Assembly: GCF_000002865.3 (NCBI RefSeq)
Contig: NW_001865085.1
Span: forward strand, 68,256 to 132,255
Origin: Monosiga brevicollis MX1
Taxonomy: Eukaryota
Direction: 5' to 3'
DNA length: 64,000 nucleotides
Part shown: piece by piece, positions 51,601 to 61,854 of the stretch
Layout of the letters: each line of letters opens with the position of its first letter
Numbering within the stretch: position 1 is the first letter of the stretch
Made by a program: the position numbers and the translations under genes
The notes under the pieces: generated by a model
The model's database searches: none
What the model was told of the DNA's origin: nothing
What the model saw: only the letters and a program-made list of their open reading frames with translations

Positions 51601-51682
51601 TCGCTTGCTGGGGACAAACCTGAGCTTCCTCGAGGGGTGCTCCTCGCTGCTCCAGCAGCTCGTGGGCACTGATGTAGCTCAT
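42693..51682 (-). CDS. PTPN13: PTPN13/PTP-BAS-like non-receptor tyrosine phosphatase: KIND - FERM - 6 PDZ - PTP
   Basis: KIND-like start MSYISAHELLEQRGAPLEEAQ|LWAILGQAL, then FEAPE and YSLGVVLFFMAD. FERM (FRVEFYVEN...YYLQLKRDV...AMQAEYGDY). Six PDZ carboxylate-binding loops (GLGL, GLGF, GLGV, GFGI, TFGF, GLGL). PTP motifs NRYRDILP, YINAN, CQGPL, WPDHGVP, VHCSAGIGRSG, VQT|EQY; stop TAG at 42695-42693. Confidence 0.92.
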
Positions 51683-53772
51683 TGTGTACGGTGGGCGGAA
51701 GGAGGCAAAGCCACCCACCGTACGCCCAAACCTACTCAAACAACAGCGGCTTCAACTCTACCCGCTACACGCAGAGATCCGATTCCAAGCAGACCATGCA
51801 GGAAGGATGCGGAAGAAGGAGCATCACCGCCCCGCCGCTGCCATTTTGTTCGCCGCAACGGCTAAAAAATATAAAAAAATAAAAAAAAATAAAAAAGTGA
51901 AAAAAAACGACAAAAAAAAAAGATTTCAAAAAGCAAAGATACGATAGTGTGATCATTGTCACACATTACACTTTACACAGGTGTGAGTTAGCTTAGACTT
52001 TGTCAAAGCGCTGCGACAAGTTTAGGAAGTTCAAGAACGATGATTATATAAAGGAGCGTTACCGCGTACCTCTTGTATTTTAAGTCCTTGGACACTTCTG
52101 TTGTCGTGAACTGTTGTTGCGTTTGATGCAGGTTTATGCTTTTCCAAACACCCCGTTTCCAGGTCGCGAAGCTGGTGGCTGTCGCTATGGGCGTGGCTGA
52201 TGGGATACAACGCCCCGACGCCCAAGTGAGAGCGTGAGGTCACCTTCTTCTCGCGCGGATTGTTGTTCCATGTCCATTGTAGTCATTCTTCTCGCATTGC
52301 TCGGTCCCATGTGTCTGTTACAGCTGGTGTGTATGAATGAGAAGCCAATTGGTATGCTATGGGTCGCACGGACATGCTGTTGCTTATGCACATCGAATGG
52401 TGGTGGTGGGCATGGTCTAAAAACGTGGACCACCACGTTTTTTTGTGGTTGTGAATCTACCCATAGAACGGTTGGACACCACTTAAAGCTGGGCTGCTCG
52501 CGTTAACGGCCATCTGCATGTATCGGAGTTGCTATTGAAGCGCGATGCTGACTCTGAAGTAAAGTCATCATCTCCTCACCTTTCCTCTTGTGCGATGCCG
52601 ACTGCGTTGCGTTCTTTGTATCCGGCTTTTTCGCCGCCCCCTCTTTCTCCCTGTCCTCTTGTGTTAGTGTCAAATCCGTAACCGGCCTTCAGACGAGCTG
52701 GAGCCTGACATCTTGCTGTTTCTTCTGCTTCTTGAACTGTCGCTTGTCCCTCGTCAATTCACAAAAGCAACCATTGCCGGATAAACTCTGCTTGTTCTTG
52801 AAGACGCTCGTCGAGGAACCGTGTCGAACATTGTGGTTGCCCCTGCCACCGAGATTTAAGTACGGTCCCGTCGACCGGAAGGGAGGCATTTATTTTATTT
52901 TATCTATTTCTACTCTTTGTTCGCAATTGCCAGGACGAGTATTTTCGAGTGAGATCCAGCCCCTGCTAGTCACGACTATGGAGGTGGCGAATCTGCTGTT
53001 GGAATACCGTGCTGGTGACCCGCCCTGGTGTGCAAAGGGAATACAGACACTCACAATCTCACGATCTCCGGAATTCGCGACGACAACGCCCTCATGGCCT
53101 TGAAAACGGACATCTGCATTGACCCTCTGCTTTGCTGAATGCCTTGGTGTGCCAATTCTTTGCCTATGGCTTACCTCCGCTTGCATGCCTCTTATGTGTG
53201 GCCATGTCCCTCACACATCCATTGGCACCGTCGAGAAAAGAAATTCAACAATTTTATCTAAAAAAAAATCCGGAAGTTGATGCATAATGGCCATTGCGCT
53301 CCGTGTTCGTCAACAAGTAGCCCCCCGCCTCCTGATTTATGGACGTTCTGGAGTTCTAGACGATGTGCGTTATCGTGCCGCACACATCTGGCGTACAGGA
53401 GATGGTGGGCGGGACTGGGGAGGGGGTCCCGGCAGGGGCGTTGCGCGATGAAACGACTCGTTCTCAACAACTCATCCATAGTAAGGAATCCGCTTGGTTC
53501 TGATAATTTTTGAATCAACACAGATGGAAAAGTACCCCCCAAACATTAAGAATACATCACAGAACGATGCTCTCTTCCACACTACCACCACACGCGCATG
53601 CGCACTTTCTCCCTTATACACTAAGCCATTCCCACACACACAGATCTTTGCACACAACATGCTTCCAGCAGCCGCCCAACATCCAAACACCCAAGTACAA
53701 CACATAAACACAACAGTTTAAAACAACAGGCAAACCGAGCCCGCGAGCCGAACTTGAAAAAAAAAGTAAAAA

Positions 53773-55079
53773 ATGGCAGAGGAGGTGATCAAGGCGCAGG
53801 CACCGCCGGCAGCGCGTCAAACCCTGGATGAGGCGTATGCCGAGCCGGATAACTTTCTGGAGATTGATGTGACCAACCCTCAGACGCATGGCTTTGGTAA
53901 CAAGCGGTACACCGATTATGAAGTTCGTGTCAAGGTAGGCAAGAGATCGCAACGCTGCCGTCGTGTGGCGCTTCCTCGCATGCACGCGCTCTTGCACACC
54001 TACGCGCGCCTCCTCTCTTGCTCCTCGCTTTTTGCGCCTGCCTCCCCCCACCCCTGCTGCGATCGCTTGTGTTTGGTATCGAGCTGGTGAATGACCTCTT
54101 GCAGATTTTTACGGTTTGCTTGTGAAAGAGTTGTCCACGCTGTTGTTGTCCTGTTTCTTTTTCTTTTTTTTTTATTCCGAGTTGTGCAGGTTGGAAGGGC
54201 AAGGAAAATGGGCAGCCCCTGGCTGACGCATCCTGATCCACCCTGCCTGTGATTTGAGACGGAATCCTTGGTCTTTTTTTTGGCGGGGGGGGGGGGGGGA
54301 GGAAGAGGGCGGTTTCTTTTTTTTTTTTCCCTTTTTGTTTGACTCTACTACTACGGGCATCGTGCTCAATGCGCGGGATTGTCGCTGAAAAGAGTTCCCA
54401 GACGTTGTGGTGTCTGATCTCTCACCTGGTACACTTTGTCATGATCCTGTGTTTCAATGTAGACCAACCTGCCCATCTTCAAGCTGAAGGAGTCGCAGGT
54501 CCGCCGTCGCTACAGCGACTTTGACTGGCTGCGCGCAGAGCTTGAACGTGATAGCAAGGTTAGCACCCGATATCAGAGATGTTTTCTAGCTCTTCCATGT
54601 TACTTGACCGATCTCTCGCCTGATTGGTCTCATCACTTGCTTACAATCCGCCAATTTGTAGATCATGCTCCCCCCTCTGCCCCCCAAGGCGCTCTCCCGG
54701 CAGATGCCCTGGGTCAGCGAAGAAAAGGGTGCGGCATGGCGACTCTATCGCGTCCGGTCTCACGCCCAAAATTGATTTCTCACAGCACCTGATTCCTGTG
54801 TCTAGGCATTTTCGCGCAAGAGTTTATTGAGGAGCGCTGCACCGGCCTCGAATCCTTCATCAACAAGTCAGTGCCTTGCACCACTGTTTTCTTTACGGTT
54901 GGCCCGGGCGCATTGTGCCCCTTTTTTTTCCCATTTGTGGTTTCTGATGAGCCTGGTTCAATCGTAGAATCGCGGGACATCCTTTGGCACAGAATCAAAA
55001 GTGCCTTCACATGTTCTTGCAAGAGCCCCACATTGACAAGAGCTATGCGCCGGGCCTTGTCAAGGCTAAGCGAAAATAA
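53773..55079 (+). CDS. SNX3: Sorting nexin 3/12 (PX-only), 5 exons
   Basis: LDEAYAEPDNFLEIDVTNP...YTDYEVRVK|TNLPIFKLKESQVRRRYSDFDWLRAELERDSK|IMLPPLP...|FIEER..GLE.FINK|IAGHPLAQN..CLHMFLQE; stop TAA at 55077-55079. Confidence 0.96.
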
Positions 55080-55906
55080 GCTGCCTGTTTGCGACTGCAT
55101 CCTCTCTGCTCCGATCAGTTCCCTTCACACATGCGCCATCTGAAGACAGGCCCGCTTGGTGATGCGGCCCCTTGTCCATTTGCTTTTTCCTCTTCCCGTT
55201 TGTCCCCGTTTGTCCCCATTTGCCCGTGATTTTGCTTCTTTGTTACATTGGCGCGGGTCTGGCAAACAGTCAGGCCACGTCCGCCCGACACAAGTCGAGC
55301 TCATCGTCTTTTGATTCTGAATCTTGTGTGACCTGCCACATGTTGCATGTTGCATGTTGCATGCCGCCAATGGCGTGCGCGCTTGTTTCTTTCTTGGGAG
55401 TTTCCAGCAACGTTTTTCTTCTTGGTTTGAGGATGGACGATCTGGTCCAACGCTGCTCGTTGCCGCTCTCTCTCCTTGAACTCTGCTAGCACCTTTCATG
55501 TGTGTATGTGTGCTCTTCCCGCTACACAGTTCTCTCATCTGTCTCGTGAGTTTGATTATGAATTTTGTTTCTTTTTTATGTTTGTCAAAGCCCGAGCTGT
55601 CTAGGTCAGGTGTTCAAGCTTTGAGAAATTGAGAGACACGCACCCACCCTTTTTAAACCTGAAATGCAAAAAGGGAATCGCATCCGCCAGAATGGCTGAA
55701 GAAAGAACAAACAACACTCTAAAGACAGACTCAAATTCAGACGTCACATATTAACAACTCATCTGTATAACCTGGTCAAACAAACCAACTCCCGGGTAGA
55801 TATGATACTAGCAGAGGCTCCGCCCCTCAGCATTCACCTGCTACAGCCGCTGTGACAGTCAACGCCTGGAGATGGGCAAAGTCAGCCTGCAACAAGCAAC
55901 CGAGGG

Positions 55907-57931
55907 TCAGCTCAAAGTCTTGCTGCGAGGCGATCCTGGCGTGGAGATGGCGGGAAGAGGGGCCTTGATGGTATTGCCAAAGGGAGGCAAGGCTCGACTC
56001 GGCGAGGCACTGGGCATGCGGCTTGGGCTCCGACTGCTTCGCAGACTAGCACTGCCCCGCGCACCAGGCTGAGCCGAGGCCACGCGTTGTAGGGCTACTG
56101 GCCCCAAAGTTTTTAGGCTTTCCATCTGAGCAATGGGGTCTTGCTCGTGGGTCCGCTCATGAGGCCCAGGCTCGCGCACGTATACTGGGTTGCCAAGCTT
56201 GTCCAAGCGAAGCTGACCAAGTCCGCTTTGGGTCTCAGCCAAGGTGGCCGTGTGTTTCAGAGGGTCCAGGTGACCACTAGCGGGAACATGTGTGCCGCGT
56301 GCACCGTGCGAGCCATGTCGCGAGCCTTGTGGACTTCGGGTGAGCCGAGAAGGGCTGACATGAGCGGAGTCGCCCGAAGCACCCAAAGAGCGCTGCGGCC
56401 GAATGAGGCTGGAGAGACTATTGGTGATGCTTGGGTGCAGGTGCTCCATATTGAGCGAATCTGTGGCGGTGCGGCTAGATAAGCGGGACCAACTCCCGCT
56501 GAGGTTGAGAGGCTGGCCACCAGTCAGATGGTTTGGCTCTTGTCCTCTGCTGCTGCTATGAATATGCTCCTCGTCCTCGTCCTCGTTCTCGTCCTCACCC
56601 TCGCCTTCATCCTCATCCCCCTCATCGTCGTCAAAATGACCTTCAGCGGCGTCATCCTCGTCCTCATCCTCGTCCTCATCGTCGATATCAATCTGATATG
56701 TGTGGTGGCTGTGACGCTTGTACTGTTCCAAGCTTGAGAAGCGAGTATCAAGATCCCCCGGGCCTTGCAGACGGGCCAGCATGCGCAAATTTTCTTCTTC
56801 CAGCTGCAGACACGAAGCTTCAAGTTTATCACGTTCCGTGCTGTGAGTATCGAGCTCCCGCCGCAACCATACCCGATCCGCATGTTCTGCCTAACGTGTT
56901 TTTTTTTCGACCCAGACCATGAGAATGTGAGGCGAGGAAAAGGAGCGCACAGAGTGACCGTAACGCGAGTAAGAGCGCCGGGCCATGGGACAATTTGAGG
57001 CAGAGAGTGGTGCAGTGGTGCACTGCGGATGGTGTGGGTCAGATACCAGTCATCGTACCTTTTCGCGAGGGCCTTGACGTGCGATGGCATGCTCGGTGGC
57101 GCGGTGTTTGGTGCGCTGCATGCGGGCCGACAGGTTGTTGGTAAAGCGCTCTTTTGAGGCTTGAAAGTCGTCGTGAAATTCTTGCATGAGCTCGCTATGT
57201 TCCTGAGTCATGTCAGCAATGGTGGCACGCATCACCTCAATGTTTTTCTCCAGCTCGCTCTGACCCACGGCCGCGTACTCCTTCAGGCCTTGGAGCTCGT
57301 GGTTACGATGAACAACGTCCTGATCAATCTCGTCCAGCTTGATACGCAGGGCCTTGACCTCATTGTCCAATTCGCGCACCAATTGATTTTTCTCATGCAT
57401 GACAGCCTGAAGCTTTTGATCAAGCTGAAGCTCAAAGTCACTCATTTGGTCGGCCTGGCCCATGGATGACTGCCGCAGCTCCGAGTATTTCTGTTAGCCG
57501 CCAGAAGAATAGAGATGAAGCATGAGGTGCACGAACAGCAGCATTGAGAACGGTGAGGGGGGGAGAAAGGGGCGCGATGAAGATGGTGGATTTTGCTGTG
57601 TGACTATGTCTGACCTTGAGCTGATCATTGCGAAGAGTCTCGAGCTGGGCGTTGAGTTGTTTATCTTCGGCGCGCAACTCATCGCGGCGCTGTCGCAAGG
57701 CTGTGCAATGGTCAACTCGGGTTTGGATGCTAATGGATGAATGGATGCCCCCACGAAGCCAGGTGAGGACAATGTCTGGCGGCTGCACCGGCACCAGGTG
57801 AAAAGTCCATGGACCAACCTGAACTGAATGAAACGTTCCATCGAGGAGAGTTTGGGCTCGACCGCCTTCTTGGTGCCCTTGGACTTTGTGCCCTTCTTCT
57901 TGCCGCCCGTTTTGGTCTTTTTGGGCGCCAT
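55907..57931 (-). CDS. CCDC83: Coiled-coil protein, CCDC83-like, with an acidic tract and low-complexity C-terminus
   Basis: Lys-rich start MAPKKTKTGGKKKG, long heptad exons (LKEYAAVGQSELEKNIE...KHRATEHAI..|..DRVWLRRELDTHSTERDKLEASCLQLEEENL) resembling recalled CCDC83 motifs; poly-D/E at about 56570-56690. Confidence 0.65.
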
Positions 57932-58204
57932 TGCTGACAAGTGCTGAAGGAAAAAAGGGGGCGGGCGGGGCCGTGTGTGGGCACAGAGTAAATGGTCGGC
58001 CAAATTCAAGCGCGGTCACGCGCGTGCGGTCTACAAAAGCCGCTAACCAAAAGCTTTCGAGGTGGGTGCTGAAAGCGGATCCTGAGGCTGGCAAGAGGCA
58101 AGAGGCGGGCGCCCAACCCCAGTCAAATAATAATCAACCCAAGCAAGCAAGGGCTGGTAGATCTAGGGTCCAAACGCCACCACAACCAGTCCCGGTCATC
58201 TATC

Positions 58205-58254
58205 NNNNNNNNNNNNNNNNNNNNNNNNNNNNNNNNNNNNNNNNNNNNNNNNNN
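58205..58254. other. Assembly gap (50 N)
   Basis: Run of N characters. Confidence 1.
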
Positions 58255-58782
58255 ACGCGGTTCGTTCACTGTGAGGTGGAGGTCATATTCATGTGACAAC
58301 GTGCCCTTTGGAAATGTTGCTGGGTCGAGGTACTTGCAGTTGGTGACTTCAAGGGATGATGCTCACTCGCCTGGTTCTTTGTGTGTGTGTGTGTGTGTGG
58401 TGTTGAGACCTGGATGGTGACCTCTCTCGTGGGAGAGAGTCTGGCATGCAAGAGGTTTTTGATTTGAATTTTTCAAGGGTGTTGTTAACCATGTCAAGGC
58501 GCTTGCTAAGAGAGCCAACACCATTGGGGCAGTTGAGAGAAACACAAAGAGAAAGAGTGGTTGTGTATGCGGAAGAGGAAGGCATGTGACGGCACAGCAG
58601 CCACCGTGAAGCCCACCCAGGACAGGGCTAAGGGTCCAAACAAACAAGAGAGAAGGGGGCACGACCCCAGAAACCACGGGGTGGGCACAGAGTGGGAAGG
58701 AGAAGGTTATCTGGGCAAACACACGGGACGCCAGCGCCCGCCCGGGACCTCCTTACAGAGTGTCATTGAACTTTGATGAAGC

Positions 58783-59867
58783 TTAGTAGGCCGCGTTGGC
58801 CGAGGGAGGCGGGCCCAGGGGATCGGCGGGCATCTCTGCCAGCTCAGGAAGCTTGGGCTTGGCGGCATCTGCTTGGAATCGGTTAATGGCAATGGCCACA
58901 CCCTCGATCAGCGACAAGATAAAGGCCTATAGTCAGGGGTAATGAAACGCGCAGTGGGATGAGTTGTGCGTTGCTTCAAGATCTTGTTTGGCGGACAATG
59001 AGCCAAAGAAAGGCGCTTACACCACCCAGAGCAGCCTTGAAGGCAGTCTTGGGACCATAGCGGATGGAGAGGAGACCCGAGGTGAAGAAGCCCGAAGAGA
59101 TGGCATTCCAGGGATCCTCCTTGCCACGAAGAGCCACAAAGCTGCAGTCAAAGGTGGAGAAGAGCGCACCCCAAATGGCAAAGTTGCCTGCACATTGCCC
59201 CGACACAAAAGGGTTGCGTAAGTTGACTCGAGCAAAAGCCCTTCACGGCCTGGCAAAGGCACAAGGCGCGCATGAGGTCGGGACCATTCGAGATGAGAAA
59301 GCTTACCACCGACGGTGGGTGCCCTTAATTTGACGGCGCTGATCATTTCGCGGTATTTGAGGCCCTGTGCCAAGGGAGCGGCAAGTAAGCTTGATCAGTC
59401 ATGACTTGAAGCAGGGCAAACACAGAAAGAGAGGAAGAACGGAAAGGGGAAGGATATTTTGAAAAAAAAAAAAAAAAAAAAAAAGAGAGAGAGAAAACAA
59501 CCCCTCCTAGAGGCGGAGGAAGGGCAGGAGCAGACTTCAAATTTGGAGTGTTGCATGTTTCAGACGGGAAAGACAAGAGGACGCACAGTGGGGGCGTTGC
59601 GGTAGCCGCGAACGCCATGCCAGATGGTGCCACCGATGGCGCCCATGGCAAAGGCAGCACCGCAGTCGTCGAGAATGCGGTAAGGGCTGTGATTGGGTCA
59701 AGCAGGGAGTTGGTCAATCAAAAGGGAAGAGCAGATGGTGGTGAGCACAAGGCGATGCGGCTGCCACGACGGTGTTCAAGTCGGGCAAGTCGGCCGAGCA
59801 AAGCAGCGCCGCGGACGCACCAGGGCTCGCGCTGAAAGGACTGTTCTTCTTCCATGTTGGGCTCCAT
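58783..59867 (-). CDS. TIM17: Mitochondrial inner membrane translocase subunit Tim17, 5 exons
   Basis: [34 protein letters not shown]|...[25 protein letters not shown]...[16 protein letters not shown]...|[14 protein letters not shown] at 59867 or 59855, stop TAA at 58785-58783. Confidence 0.96.
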
Positions 59868-60233
59868 GGTAGCGGTGTGAATTTGGAGGTACTAAGCTTT
59901 AAGAATGGTCGGTCACAGACCGAACGGATCAACAAGAGTGCCGGCGCAAGACTGGACCAGGGAGCTGGATGGACAAGCAAGCAGGTGGTCGAGCAGCCAC
60001 CAAGCCAACGAAGGGTTCGAGCCATGCACGACAGTGTGAGCGTCAGCGGGCAATACCATCCCTGTCCCAGCCTCAGGTGCATGAACCATGGACCCGATAA
60101 CAGCCTGAAATGCAGAGGCATTGTACTGTTTTATGCAGCACGGACAGGGGTGCCAGTAGCGAGGCCATAGTCCGAGCACATGCTCTCAAGGCTGCCCTTT
60201 TTTTTTTTTTTTTTTTTCGTTTCGCGCACTTAC

Positions 60234-60234
60234 G

Positions 60235-60265
<31 letters not shown>

Positions 60266-60267
60266 GG
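60234..60267. repeat. (GA)n microsatellite (CT on the TIM17 sense strand)
   Basis: Direct observation. Confidence 0.9.
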
Positions 60268-61058
60268 AGCAAAGTGGAGAGGTGTGGATGAGGCGAAGAC
60301 AGTGGGAAGAGAGGTCACACGAGCACGACAAGCGTCAAGCTTGGAACTAAAGATAAAAGAAGAGAAGAGCTCGAGTGCAAGTGTGACGTCAGAGAGAGTG
60401 AGTCAACGGGGATACCAACGCAGAGGAAGGCAGTCGTGGAACAAAAGAAGCGCGGCTACACGTGTGCCGTGTGTGATACCACACCCAAGTTCAACGTTAT
60501 CACGGCTTACACCTTGACAGCATCACACTTGCCGGCAGACGGTGTCAGCAGCCGAAAGAAGGGCTACCAAGTGTGATACCGGTCGCGTTTCAGCTTTCTT
60601 ACAGCCGCCGGCAATTATCTGACAATATGCTATTGTCAGATGATTATCGGGGATGAGTCTATCAGATGGTAGCGCGCTCGGTGGTAAGCGGTAAAGTGTA
60701 ACAAATGTGTGACGCTTGACATCCAGCTCATCCAGCTCTGCTACCAACTGTCACAGCGGCGTAAGTCGAGCCGGCCTGGTGCGCGTAAGAGCCCTCTGCG
60801 GCGATGGCCCCCGATGGCCTTCGATCTAATCGACTTGCCTGTCGACAGGGCTGGGGCGAGCTCCAACAAGATGGAGAGACGAGGGAGCAAGCGATCGCAG
60901 TGGGGGGGGGGGGGGTTTGATTTATGGCCCAGTGCCTTTGATTTGCATCCCTCTCGCTCTCTATGAATACCATTCACTCTCTCTGCTTGTAGCATGAAAT
61001 TGCCTTTATCCATTTGCCCACACATCACCTCCTCCCTCACTTTTCTTTACACTTTGAC

Positions 61059-61191
61059 ACACTCTCTCTTCCCTCTCTGTCTCTGTCTCTCTCTCTCTCT
61101 CTCTCTCTGACGGCACACACACACACTCGCGCGTCTATTATTTTTTTCTCTCTCTCTCTCACTCTCTCTCACACACACTCTCTCACACTCA

Positions 61192-61228
<37 letters not shown>
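61059..61228. repeat. (CT)n/(CA)n compound microsatellite
   Basis: Direct observation, upstream of the SAM-PH gene. Confidence 0.93.
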
Positions 61229-61854
61229 GTGACGAGGTCAAGTTGGAGTCGGCGGGGGGAGGGAGCCTTGGCTAGTACGGTCGGGCTGCCTCTGCTCTTT
61301 ACTGAGGAGACTTGCGATTTTGGTCACAATATCGTCGTACGGCTTTGGAGGTGTGTATCATCATCATCATCGCCATCAGTATAGCAGCGCTTGTACACTG
61401 GAAAGGGGCGGGCGACGGGCTGGCTCCCGCGATGGCCAGTGGCGTCAGGTGGTGCTCATGGCTCTTGATCCTGCCTGCTACCGTTGTACACGATGGCCGT
61501 GGGGCCTTGCTTTGCTTAGGGGCTCAGTCTTGAGGTCTGGCCGCGTGTCTGCACAAACAGTGGCTGGCGCCGAGGCGCCACTTTTTTTCGCTCCATCGCC
61601 CCCTTGTAGCTCGACTGGCCGGTGGCGGCACAATGCAGCGCCCCGTGGCCCGCTAGCAGATCGACGCGACGTTCATCGCGTGGCTGGCACAGGCACACCC
61701 CTTTGAACAAAAGCCTTCTTTTGCAGTGAACCACCTCAGTAGAACTTTGAGCCAGCCAACAAGGGCCCTCGTGCCCCTGCCTTTTCTTCGCGCCTCCGAG
61801 CCAGCTAGCTAGGATCTATTTGCCATCATCTTCGCCATCATCAGCATCATCATC

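Noticed and set aside
52689..52691. In-frame TGA in a Lys-rich minus-strand frame as possible selenocysteine or readthrough
   Set aside because: No redox-motif context or recognisable SECIS, and neighbouring frameshifts suggest decay or non-coding sequence.
60300..61800. Short ORFs between TIM17 and the SAM-PH gene
   Set aside because: No motifs or convincing splice pattern; probably promoter/UTR sequence.
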